Shown: positions 1-12,188 of the stretch, in pieces
Position numbering within the stretch: the stretch's first letter is position 1
Layout: every line of letters starts with the position of its first letter
Source: Octopus sinensis
Taxonomy: Eukaryota
Reading direction: 5' to 3'
Length of the DNA: 64,000 bases
Assembly: GCF_006345805.1 (NCBI RefSeq)
Contig: NW_021834251.1
Location: 1-64,000 of the forward strand
Notes under the pieces: model-generated
The model's input: only the letters and a program-made list of their open reading frames with translations
What the model was told of the DNA's origin: nothing
Databases searched by the model: none
Made by a program: the position numbers and the translations under genes

Positions 1-502
1 AACTCACGTTGATTCGTCTTTTTTGCTTTCTCTCTGATTCTGTGATAAGTCGACCGTTTTATAGCCATAACAGATGTCACATAAACACGGCACATAGCTA
101 AAGGAAAAGAAAAAGAAAAAAAAAATGAGAATAAACAGGTTAGTTTACCTCGTTTGCATATTATGGCAGTATGCTCAAAGATGCATGTCTAATTGAAGAA
201 ACACACCTATGAATATGTGTATGTGTGTGCATGTGTGTATGTATGAGTGTGAGTATATGTGCGTGTCTCTATGTGTGTGTAAGGTAAATTTATTGGTATA
301 CACATAAATTAATAGGTAGAACTGAGACAGATTCTCCAAATACTTATACATACATACATACATACATATATATATATGTAGGTGTGCGTGTGTGTGTAAA
401 TGTAAGTGTGTGTTTCTGTGTCTGTGTATCTCTGTGGGTGTGCAAATGTGTGCGTGTTTATATATATGAATAGAAAAAATATATAAGTATGTATATATTT
501 AT

Positions 503-758
503 GGACGGAAACTAAAAGAAGCCCGTAGTATATATGTGTATATATATATGTGCGTGTGTTTGTTTGTCCCTCCTCATCGCTTGACAACGGATTCTGGTGT
601 GTTTACATCCCCGTAGCTTGGCGGTTCGGCAAAAAGAGACTAATGGAGTAAGTACTGGGCTTACAAAGAATAAGTCCTGGGGTAGATTTGCTCGATTGAG
701 TGCGGTGCTCCAGCATGGCCGCAGTCAAATGACTGAAATATGTAAAAGAGTAAAAGAG
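503..758 (+). mobile_element. SINE family A, 3' two-thirds
   Basis: Matches the body and tail of the full copies at 31032-31438, 55279-55695 and 59189-59574 (…gcggtgctccagcatggccgcagtcaaatgactgaaa…gtaaaagagtaaaagag). Confidence 0.85.
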
Positions 759-845
759 TATATATATATATATATTATGTGTATGTGTCTGTGGTGTGTA
801 TGTGTCTATTAAAGTCTGTGTATTTGTATAATTATACGTATTTGT

Positions 846-922
<77 letters not shown>

Positions 923-1282
923 GTAGAAATGAGATATACGACACACAGGGGTGCACATAAGCTCACACGAAGTGGCAGGCCGTTACCCGGAGCTTTGTCC
1001 TCAAATTTAAACCTCAAGTGAGGATTTTTAGAGTACTTGATTAATTCAGACAATGCAGTCTAAAGTGAAGATTTATGTTTTCCTCCCTTAACCACATCAA
1101 GCTTGTGAATTGTACAATTAACGTTGTTATTCAAGTCTCTCACTTGAGTATTAATCGGTTTAAATGATTTTAGTTACATAAATATTATTATATTATTGTC
1201 ATTTCACTTTAAATTTAAAAGGTTTCCTCTCTACAGAATCGTTAAGATTTCTTCTTTTAATATATATGCCCGTGAAACTTAA

Positions 1283-1478
1283 GATGGAGTACTGACAGGA
1301 TAGTTTGTACGTCGGGTGAAATGCTTAGCAGCATTTCGTCCGTCTTTATGCTCTGAGTTCAAATTCCGCCTTTCATCCTTTTAGAGTCGTTAAAATATTA
1401 CCAGCTGAGTACTGGTATCGATATAATCGACTTATCTCTATTCCAAAATCGCAGGCCTTGCACCAATATTTGAAACCA
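1283..1478 (+). mobile_element. SINE family B, degenerate, tail type 2 (…tttgaaacca)
   Basis: B-box-like gagttcaaattcc and the family body gcctttcatcc…accag…tcgatataatcgact. Confidence 0.7.
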
Positions 1479-1481
1479 ATA

Positions 1482-1910
1482 TATTGGGTCATCCTATTAT
1501 TAATATGTTTTTTTCTTTGCATGCATTAACTTGTTACAGAAGCAGGTAATAAATACTTATTCTTAGTGCAAGTTTTGAAGAGTGCAGTTCGATTTTAACA
1601 GTGCATTTCCGAAGCTAAAATGGAAGTGAGAAAGGAGCATATTCGGCGTATTTTGTTTCAAGATTTCAATAAAGGCAACAGCGCAACGGAAAGTGCGAGG
1701 AATATTAATGCTGTGTAAGGGGATCGAACATTAAGCCAGTGCCAATGGTGTTTCCAGAAATTCCGTACAGGAAACTACAGCTTAGAAGACGAACCTCGTC
1801 CTGGATGAATCGTAGAGCTCGACGAGGAGGTCCTGCAAGCCCTGGTGGAACACAATTCCATCGTAGATGTTGTGGAACTAGTAGAGAGTCTTGGATTTGG
1901 TCATCCAGTC
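1482..1910 (+). mobile_element. Mariner remnant: left TIR-like end plus N-terminal HTH of the transposase
   Basis: From ATG at 1620 the frame reads MEVRKEHIRRILFQDFNKGNSATESARNINAV*GDRTLSQCQWCFQKFRTGNYSLEDEPRPG*…, the mariner paired-like HTH pattern (WF.KF..G..SLEDEPR.G). Two in-frame stops. tattggg… at 1482 resembles the TIR-like end at 49758. Confidence 0.85.
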
Positions 1911-2156
1911 AGTCATTCAAGTCAGCGCTAGAAGAAAAACGACCATTTCAGCTAATATTATATAAAATACCAAAACCACCATCCCTGTACAATCCAGCAT
2001 TCAGGCTATAAATCTCGCCTTGATTATGTGTCCCAAGATAATAATGTTCCAAGATAACAAATATTCGACGATTTAGTGATACGATGCTAAACCCAAAAAG
2101 ATTATAAAGGAGAAAACAGCAAGCCGATACTGAATCTTTCTTAAATATTAGAAAAT

Positions 2157-2278
2157 GTCTGCGCGGTCGATTTTGTCTTTCATATTTTCGGGGTTGACGA
2201 TCTAAGTACCAGTTATGCACTGAGGTCGAAGTAAATCCCGAAATCTCTGGCTTTGTTTCAAAATTTATAAACCAACAT
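2157..2278 (+). mobile_element. SINE family B fragment, tail type 2
   Basis: ggtcgattttgtctttcat…taagtaccagt…aaaatttataaacc. Confidence 0.6.
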
Positions 2279-2671
2279 TAGAAAATATCTGCAATGCATA
2301 ATAATCACTATATCTCTTTAGTTTATAGAGCAACATGTTCTTCTAAATTAGAGTGCTTGAGGTAGAATAATTCAGAAAATGAATGGTTAACATCCAACGT
2401 TGATGAAATCACGCCTACTTTTGTCTCAAATCTTAATGAAAATGTTAAACACGTTGCTGAGGCTAGTTTTATATCAGAAATTGTTTTTTTTTAAAATTTT
2501 ATTTCCAAATGTGTTGTCTATACAATAATTCTTCTTATGATCATCTAGAGTTATATAGGTGTCACGTTTAGCTAAACGTGTTACTTTATTGTCAAGTGAA
2601 TTTCCTTTCTAGTTATTTCAGCTGAAATAATATTCACATTAAATAGCCTTTAATATTTTCAAACACATCAA

Positions 2672-2672
<1 letters not shown>

Positions 2673-2745
<73 letters not shown>
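2673..2745. repeat. (CTAT)n microsatellite
   Basis: Directly visible. Confidence 0.95.
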
Positions 2746-2755
<10 letters not shown>

Positions 2756-2997
2756 ATATATCTATCTATCTAGCAACATATCTATCCATGAACTTATGCA
2801 GTCATATTAATATGTGTATGTATATACGTACACGCACTTATAGATAGGTAGATATATACATACATACATTAAACTATTTCCTTTAACAGCATTGTTATAT
2901 GGCAAAACAGTTTTACATTTATTGCTTAATAAGAATAAATGTAAGTCTCCTCCTCTTCCTCTCTCTCTCTCTCTCTGTATATATGTATATATATACA

Positions 2998-3230
2998 CAG
3001 GGTGCAATGAATATATTGTCTGAATTACATATTATTTTATCAGATGTATTACCTGAAAATATCTTGAAATACTAAAGAGTAAATGTATTCAATAAAATCG
3101 CCATTGGCTTCAAACACTTCGAAACGTGCGTATTGGAGCTTCAGGCGCGAATGCCAAGCAGTACTGCAAGTCGTTTCCAAACTCCTGGAAGAATGAATTT
3201 CGCCACTGTGCTGATTTTTTCTCACAGATG
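2998..3230 (-). mobile_element. Right end of a Tc1/mariner (DD37D-like) element
   Basis: Begins cagggtg like the TIR at 5220. The minus strand encodes …RFEVFEANGDFIE, resembling the C-terminus of Tc1/maT transposases. Confidence 0.55.
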
Positions 3231-3402
3231 CTGCGCAACTGATCCTAATTATACTGTGTAACCAATAAAATTAAAAACAAACAATGCGCATGCGCGAAAT
3301 TAAAAATATAAAATTACTACAATTTACTCATCGCATTCTTATATATCCATATCCATATTTATATATATATATACGAGAAAGAAGCAACAAGAATGGATTG
3401 GT

Positions 3403-3493
3403 TTTTAGTACAATTGTTTCATACAAAGACAGGCTTTATTACAAGTTGCAAAAATTGCAGCAGATAAAAGTGTCCCGTACTCATCAGCTAAAA
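3403..3493 (-). ncRNA. Type I hammerhead ribozyme, mirror copy
   Basis: Reverse complement of the motif at 3852-3941; the core is intact. Confidence 0.75.
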
Positions 3494-3851
3494 TACATTT
3501 GAGTTCTCTAGACATCTTAGTGGGTGAGGTTATACTCATGAGAATATTGGAGATAGTTCCATTAGAGGCAGATATAGGTTGTAAACAGTTTTCCAAAGTT
3601 CCTTAATGATGAAGCACAGTCTTATCACAGATTTTTAAAAAACTTATTAGTTTCGAAGAGAAGATGAATCAAGGAATTGATTCATCTTCTCTTCGAACTA
3701 ATAAGTTTTTTAAAATCTGTGATAAGACTGTGCTTCATCATTAAGGAACTTTGGAAAACTGTTTACAACTATATCTGCCTCTAATGGAACTATCTCTAAT
3801 ATTTCATGAGTATAACCTCACCCACTAAGATGTCTAGAGAACTCAAATGTA

Positions 3852-3941
3852 TTTTAGCTGATGAGTACGGGACACTTTTATCTGCTGCAATTTTTGCAAC
3901 TTGTAATAAAGCCTGTCTTGTATGAAACAATTGTACTAAAA
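3852..3941 (+). ncRNA. Type I hammerhead ribozyme
   Basis: Stem I TTTTAG/CTAAAA; core CTGATGA (3858-3864); stem II GTACGGGACA/TGTCTTGTAT; GAAAC (3924-3928); palindromic stem III ACAATTGT; cleavage triplet GUA. Confidence 0.8.
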
Positions 3942-4087
3942 ACCAATCCATTCTTGTTGCTTCTTTCTCGTTTATAATCACCCCACATTACTGTATGGAT
4001 AACACCATATAGTTTATCTGGTGCATCTAAGTTAAGTACCACATTCAAGTAAATTCATTGGAAGTTACTTGAATTTTAATTGCTTTG

Positions 4088-4160
<73 letters not shown>

Positions 4161-4405
4161 TATACATATATATATATGTGTGCGTATGTGTATGTATCTA
4201 TATATGGATGCATGTATGTACGTATATATGTATGCATGTATGGTATAAAATATATTCATACTGATACGCTGGTTTAGATGCACAAATTTAAAGAAACAAT
4301 TCAGTTTTTTCTATCCTAATTATACTGTATCGTCGACAAAATTAAAAACAAACAATACGCATGCGCGAAATTGAAAATATAAGATGATTACAATTTACTC
4401 ATCGC

Positions 4406-4436
<31 letters not shown>

Positions 4437-5219
4437 TTCATATACATATATATATATATATATGTGTGTGTGTGTATGTATATGTATGTATCTATGTATG
4501 CATTTATGTATGTATGTATGTGTGTATGGTATAAAATACATTCATACTGACACGCTAGTTTAGATGCCCAAATTAAAAGAAACAATTAAATAAATAATAT
4601 AGAAAGCTTGGCAGAGTTCCTCTAAACATATTCGATCTAATCAAAGATTTTGATTAGCTGTTAATATTTATATATCTGGGGGAGCACTAGATTGCAAACT
4701 CGGTGGATTGCCAGATAATCAGCCAGATCGTATTTGATTAATTACTTCTATTTACTTTCGAAGTCATAGTCATCAATGTTCGATATTTCTTCATTTTCTT
4801 TGCCTCATCGTATAAGGTGACTTGTCAAAATATGGACCCCGATGATATTTGGTTTGAGATCTTTACGATACAGAAATTCCACTCTTGACCATCTTCCCAT
4901 TATGAATAATTATTCAACACTGTATATCAGATGTGATATTAATTGCTATTTTTTTTCGATGAGTAACTCATTGTAAATACAAGAGATTGAGTCTATTCTC
5001 GGAGAGCTAAAACATCTAGGTATCCTTCGAAATGGCTAGTGTAACGTTGAGTATATTCTTAGAATTAGTAATTACGAACTATCGCCCTAATTTTTCATTA
5101 CAATAGTAGTTCGTTCCTTGGGATTGGTTTAATTTTCAGTAATCCATACTATATCCTTAGTGGACTGTTTTTATGCTGATTCTCTCAGTTTAGCTGTAGA
5201 ATATATATATATATATTTA

Positions 5220-6436
5220 CAGGGTGCGTGATGTATTGGAATATTAAAGACATACTTTTTTGGTCATTGCTGCATGTTTTGCTAACTCTGTATAACCTTG
5301 TTTCAGGAAACAATAATGGCAGATCCTCAGTATAGCAAAATAATGTAGAGGCATGCTGTTATTGTGGTTATAAAGGCTGAGCCTCGCGATTTAGAAATAT
5401 CTCGATTTTTAAAAGTTGCCAGATCTTTCGTCTACAAAGTTTGTAAGGAGCTGGAGACTGAAGATGGAAACGTATCACCAGTATTAAAGCGTAAAATGCA
5501 TTCTAAACGCTCTGAATTCATTCAGCAAGTTCAACAGACCATCGATTGCAATCCCAGAAAGTCCATGAGATCAATTGCAAAACATCTCCATGTGTCAGGA
5601 GGAACAGTCAGAAATGTTGTCCACGAACACATCAGATATACGTCTTATATTCTTATATGATGAGGAAAGGTCAATTTGTGAGAAAGAGCAAAATAAATCA
5701 CTATATTAGATCTAAAAGGCTCTTAAACAAACTGAAAAATCCAGAAGATTTGATTTGTTTTTCTCAAACAAGAAAAACTTCGATCAAGATCAAAAAGTTA
5801 ACAGATGACAGATGGTTCCAAGAGTTATGCATACAAAATTACTTGTAACTGTCATGGTTTTAGCGGTTGTCAGCAATGAAGGACATGTGATACCTACTTA
5901 CGTCTTTCCACAAGGCCTTAGATTTAATTCTGCCGCCTACATTGAGGTCCTGGAAATGATTGTTAAGCCCTAGATAGACTGTGTATATAGCGGAAGGCCA
6001 TATGTTTTCAGTAAGACTCTGCACAATCAAATATGGCTTTAGTAACACAAGAATGAATGGCAGAAAATTTCCATGATCACATAACCCCTAATATTTGCTC
6101 TCCTAATTCCCCAGATCTCAATCCGTTACCCTATTACGCGTAGAGCGTTGTTGAGAAAGTGGTCAATGAACATGCTCGTAACACCAAAGATTATTTGAAA
6201 GATGCCATTGTCAGAGTAATGTCCAAAATGAACCAAGACCACTTGATTCGACCAAGTATATGATTTAGATTTCATATAGAAGCAGTTGTTAGACTTTAAG
6301 GTGACCTTATTGAATAACATAACAGAAAAGGTTTATTTTTATCTCATAACATTTTTATAAGTAAAGTTATTACCTGTATTTATATATCTCTTTTTTTATA
6401 AACATAAATCTGTCTTCAAATACCTAACGCACCCTG
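5220..6436 (+). mobile_element. Decayed near-full-length DD37D (maT-type) Tc1/mariner transposon
   Basis: TIRs cagggtgcgtgatgtatt / aatacctaacgcaccctg with TA on both sides. Fragmented transposase: HTH (ISRFLKVARSFVYKV), …KNFDQDQKVNR, DSA, then 37 residues to the position after PNSPDLNPL, where the third Asp is mutated. Confidence 0.88.
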
Positions 6437-6583
6437 TATACACACATACATACATATATATATATATCTTTTTCTTGCCGATTTTATTTCTTAGAACGAA
6501 ATATTTTCAATTTAAGGGAGATAGCGAGAAAAATATTGGTTTAATATTTTTATAGTTATGCATATTGTGTTGTTGCTTTTTAT

Positions 6584-6636
6584 TTCATAATGCACGACAT
6601 GTCATAATGCACGGCATGTCATAATGCACGACATGT
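6584..6636. repeat. 17-bp minisatellite x3 (tcataatgcacgacatg)
   Basis: Directly visible. Confidence 0.85.
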
Positions 6637-8267
6637 CAGTTATCAATAAAAGCTACATAAATGCCAAATAATACAAACACAAGGAAACTGAAGTACGATG
6701 ATTCAAATTCAGCATTTATGTACTTTCTATAAAATGTGTGGGCCTGAGTCACATAAAAATAATGCTTTGTATCGTACTTTAGTCAATTGAACTGAACACA
6801 AAGACAGAAGACAATTATTTTTAAGCCAAAATGCACTGAAAAATAAAAATTGTCCTCAGTGAGATTAAAATTCATATCATAGAAATATAACTGTAATTCG
6901 TTGGCCACCGTCTTTTTTTTTTATAAGAAACGTGTAAAATAGAGGAGTGGGTGATAGAATAACATCAGAAGAGTATACGGGAGCTCGAAATTCCCTACTA
7001 AAAATAACAACTAAATGTCTTTGAAATCATGTTCTACCGTTTTTATATTGAAGGACACGTTATATAATGTAGTCTTTAGAACGCTGTTTCAGGGTATAAG
7101 TTAAATTAGATAACAGCAAAGCAACGACAGCAACACTTAACCAAGATTCATATCCCTTTGTAAGGACATGAGCTCTGTATCATCAGGTAGGACCAACTAG
7201 AAAGTTATGAGTTATGATCGTCACTTCCTTCTCTAGGGTACTAGTATCGAAATGAAGTTTAGTAGATTTAAGTTAAAATGAAAACTGTTACAACTCCGGT
7301 TGTAGCAGGCACGATTTTGCTCTAACGTTGTCATTAATAGTATTTTTCGAAAGTGTGAGTAAAATTCACTTCGATTAAAATCTGTAAAAAATATAAAAGG
7401 TCTCAACAAAATAGCGTTGATTTGCCCTATAAATCTGGGCTGTACTTATCTAACAAAATTTATATTAACATTCCTATGATATCAACAAGCACATATCCAG
7501 ATATTCAAGTACTTAATTTATGAATCGATAAGTCAGTAAGTAACTTATAGTAACATACCCGACAAGCTGTAAACAGGTTTCAATTCCCTATGGCACCATA
7601 TAAGTCTACTTACAATGATAATGCCTTGCTTTATCTTTTAAAAAAATCGAAACACTAAAATATTTACTAGCATTTACAAACGTAAAAGTTACCAAACTTG
7701 CAGGACAGGGTTATAGACGATAAAATCCAAGCCCAGAAGAGAGAGTTGGTACATAATTAACGAACCCAGAATGATGATAAAGCAACAAAGTCGATCCCGT
7801 TGGGATTTCGAACTCACGAAGACTTACGTAAAGGGATAATATTTAATTTGTGAGAAACATTACATCATATATTTACTGTTACTACCGTTCATCCTATCGA
7901 TCGGAATGAACTTTTAAGTAAGCATTTCCCACATTGATTTCTTATATTGATTATGTTTCATATATTGGCATAAGGCCACACAGTTGTGGTAAAAGAAAAA
8001 TAAGTCGATTTTTCAGACACGAATTCATTATTCATAACAATATTAATTTGTTAGCATTGGCACAAGGCACCATCTTTAAAGAGAGTGCATTCGGTGTAAT
8101 CAACGACATTGTGTTGACGTCATCTATTTCATTCACCTCAGGAGAGTAGAAATAAAACCAAGCGAGTGTGATTTGAAACCTAGACTCATCGAATATATAT
8201 TATATACATACAAACACTGCAAGGCATGAATGATGACTCCTTACTGTTTACGTCACTTCACAATTCG

Positions 8268-8370
8268 AATAAGTACTAGGCTTACAAACATAAGTCCTGG
8301 GGTCGATTTGCTCGACTAAAGGCGGTGCTCCAGCATGGCCGCAGTAAAATGACTGAAACAAATAAAAGAG
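8268..8370 (+). mobile_element. SINE family A, 3' tail
   Basis: ataagtactaggcttacaa…gcggtgctccagcatggccgcagt…. Confidence 0.85.
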
Positions 8371-8984
8371 AAGAGAAAGAGAGAGAGGCAAACATACACA
8401 TACATACATGCATATATGTGTGTGTGTACTTGCGTGTTCATGTGTGTATTGTGTGTATGTGTGTGTGTGTGTGTGTGTTTCTGAGAGAGAGTGTGTTTGT
8501 GTTTGTTAGATTGTTTGTGTGACAGTGAGTACGAGTTCAGGAATCCCCTGAAAATGAAATTTGTCAAATAAAGGACTACCGGCTTGAGATCGAAATCGTT
8601 GGCCAAACTGATTTACCCCAAAATTGGGGAGTGGAAATTCTGGACGAAACGAATTTCACTGCAAATGAAAACAACGCTAACCATTTTACCTGAATGACAA
8701 TTATTGTACGTGATGCCTAACTACATAATTTCACACTAATTAAGGTGTTTTAATTACAGATTGCTAGAATTCCTAGGAAACACAAAGGAAATCAAAAGCA
8801 AAAAAACTGAAAAAAGTGAATTTTCCAAGAATATGTAATTTGAATCAGCGGACCATGTAATTAATGAAGACGCAGATAATTAGTTTTCCGTAAGTAAAAG
8901 TTTAAAAAAATGTAAAATGAAAATGATAAATACTAGATTAGCAATTTTCTAATATAGGCAACGTAATTATGCAATTTCGTGAGC

Positions 8985-9054
<70 letters not shown>

Positions 9055-9064
<10 letters not shown>

Positions 9065-9276
9065 TTATATGCATGCGTATAAACACTCTCACACATTTTT
9101 GTTTGCACGCATATATGAGTGTAGATAGATATGCATATAGACATGTGCATGTACACAAACGCGCATAGAAACACACACACGTAAATATATATATACACAT
9201 ATATACATATATATACATACACATATGTATACATACAAACACACACATATATATATATATATAATATATATATATA

Positions 9277-9327
<51 letters not shown>

Positions 9328-9530
9328 TTATATGCATGCGTATAAACACTCTCACACATTTTTGTTTGCACGCATATATGAGTGTAGATAGATATGCATA
9401 TAGACATGTGCATGTACACAAACGCGCATAGAAACACACACACGTAAATATATATATACACATATATACATATATATACATACACATATGTATACATACA
9501 AACACACATATATATATATATATATATACA
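9055..9530. repeat. Tandem duplication with 263-bp period
   Basis: gcatgcgtataaacactctc… starts at 9071 and again at 9334; the units are near-identical. Confidence 0.9.
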
Positions 9531-10147
9531 TATATATGTATGCGTATATATATGTATATATATATGTGTGTGTGTATACACATACATATATATCTTATAC
9601 ATAAACGGCAACTTCTTTCTGTCTGTTACTATGTTGCTGCTTATACCAGTGAACGAATCTTCACGAAACTTAGCATACATATTAAACTAACACGCATTTC
9701 AATTGTAGGTGAATTGGATTTCAGTTAAAGTCTATAACGGTTGTATTATTATATTAGCAAATGAGAAGTGTGCAAAGAGAGTTAGTGTGAAGGATATGTA
9801 GTAGCATAGTGAGTGTGACTGATATCAAAGAAGCGGAAAAGAGCGTTGTATAAGTGACAAATATGGTGTGGCAGTGAGACGGTAAAGTTAATACAGCTGT
9901 CATATACACGCGACGCTGCATAACTACTTTCGTAAACACATAGAGGCATGCATACATACACATACACACACACTGCATAAATACATATGGTGAAGAAAGG
10001 TGGGTGTGAGGAATGCGTAGCTTTAAGGAGAGAGTGGGTAGGTGTCTTTTCTTCTGTCCATCGCAAGGAAGCACTCACAGATATACACACAGACATACAT
10101 ACATATACATACACACACATAGATACATACTTGCCTATCTACCTACA

Positions 10148-10178
<31 letters not shown>

Positions 10179-10282
10179 GTCTACTACGCAGCATTTTGAA
10201 CACATGAATATCTGTGTACGTTTGTAAATGCTGTCCTTCAGTGTGTGTATGTCCATTTGTGTATGCTTTGTGTATGTGTGTC

Positions 10283-10354
<72 letters not shown>

Positions 10355-10911
10355 TTACATATAGTGAAATTTTGATAGATCAAAATGTTTGAATTTGGTA
10401 TATTGAAATAATTTTGCACGTTTATTACGATGATGTCTTTTGTTTGTTGCAGGAAAATTGCAGAGAAATGTTATTGAAGTTTAAAGTTTAATCAATTCTA
10501 ACTAATCAGTAAATCGGATTTGGAAGCTGATAATTTCTGCATGATAACTGTCTGTCACAAAATGAAAGCAAAATCATTACGACGAGGAATTTTTTATTAA
10601 ACAAACGAAGGCAAAGCAAAACCACGACCATAGATGTAAGAACATCTGAAGTTTTAATACGTTTTAATATATAAAGGCGTGTCAAACGGTCGAACAGATA
10701 TGAATATAATTTAAAAAAGGAAAAAGAATATCATCAACGAAGATTTTCTTTTGTGCAAAACTGCACTGATCTGTCCTGACGAACCGCTAGTGTAAACACA
10801 GTAACACCGTTTGTTAAGCAATGGCGGTGGGACGTAAACACAGACACAAAGAGTGATTACTCACATGTAGTTATGTATGTACGTATGTATGTATGTATGT
10901 ATGTATGTATG

Positions 10912-11213
<302 letters not shown>

Positions 11214-11244
11214 TTATATATATATATATATATATATTATATAT

Positions 11245-11297
<53 letters not shown>

Positions 11298-11303
11298 TGT
11301 ATA

Positions 11304-11336
<33 letters not shown>

Positions 11337-11338
11337 TA

Positions 11339-11436
<98 letters not shown>

Positions 11437-11618
11437 GGGAGGTCTTACGAAAAAAACAAAAGACGAAGACAGGTGGTGTACAAAGCAAACACATGTATTA
11501 ATATAACGCTCAGAAATAGAAAAATTCTTTTACGTTTCGAGCCTACGCTCTTGTACAGAAAAGGACACAGAAAAAAACAAGGAGAGAAAAAATGTGTGTA
11601 GTGGCTAACGATCTATCA

Positions 11619-11619
<1 letters not shown>
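11437..11619 (-). mobile_element. Short element family P1, copy 1, next to (TA)n
   Basis: Homologous to 27669-27870 and 63809-64000; contains rc …GAGC GTAG GCTC GAAACGT…. Confidence 0.8.
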
Positions 11620-11687
<68 letters not shown>

Positions 11688-11688
11688 A

Positions 11689-11719
<31 letters not shown>

Positions 11720-11743
11720 ATATATATATATATATATATATAT

Positions 11744-11885
11744 TCAGTAAAAGCAAATAAGATTCAAGTGAGTTCTAATGAATTCACATGAATGCGGTAC
11801 TTAACTTAGATGCACCGGAAATCTATATGGTATTAACCATAAGATAATGTGGGGTGATTATAAACAAGAAAAACTAATCCATTCT

Positions 11886-11887
<2 letters not shown>
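11744..11887 (-). mobile_element. P2 derivative with the hairpin deleted
   Basis: Reverse complement of the P2 tail fused to the outer-arm sequence aaaaactaatccattcttg; (TA)n on both sides. Confidence 0.75.
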
Positions 11888-11932
<45 letters not shown>

Positions 11933-12029
11933 GTATGAGAAGTAAGAGAAAATGGTGACTGGAAAGTCAAAAATTGTTTATTATTAACAGCAAATCAATG
12001 ATATACGTATGTGTGTTCGTGTGTATGTG

Positions 12030-12188
12030 CGACGAGCTTGTTTCATTTTCCGGCGACCAAATCCACTCACAAGGCTTTGGTCGACCCGAGACTATATTAT
12101 AAAGCACCTGCCAAGTTTGACGTGCATGGAACTCGACTCAGCACCATATGATTCGGAAACAAACTTCTCATCTCACACCCACTCCTGC
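12030..12188 (-). mobile_element. SINE family A, 5' half, diverged
   Basis: accaaatccactcacaaggctttggtcgacccgag…cactcctgc. Confidence 0.75.

Larger units (their letters stand above)
3374..4089. mobile_element. Fold-back element P2: about 296-bp arms, 4-nt loop, 119-bp one-sided tail, flanked by (TA)n
   Basis: 3374-3672 is the reverse complement of 3677-3970 (5 single-base indels, 1 substitution); loop ggaa. The tail recurs at 29104-29238 and, reversed, at 11744-11887. Confidence 0.9.

Noticed and set aside
3700-3900. GIY-YIG-like Cys pattern (SCKNCSR*KCP) on the minus strand of the P2 arm
   Set aside because: Interrupted by stops and too weak to call PLE coding sequence.
3374-3970. Palindromes as missed-adapter or chimeric-read artefacts
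   Set aside because: Not fully excluded. Disfavoured because two unrelated elements share the same architecture with (TA)n boundaries and ribozymes, and a hairpin-deleted relative exists at 11744-11887.
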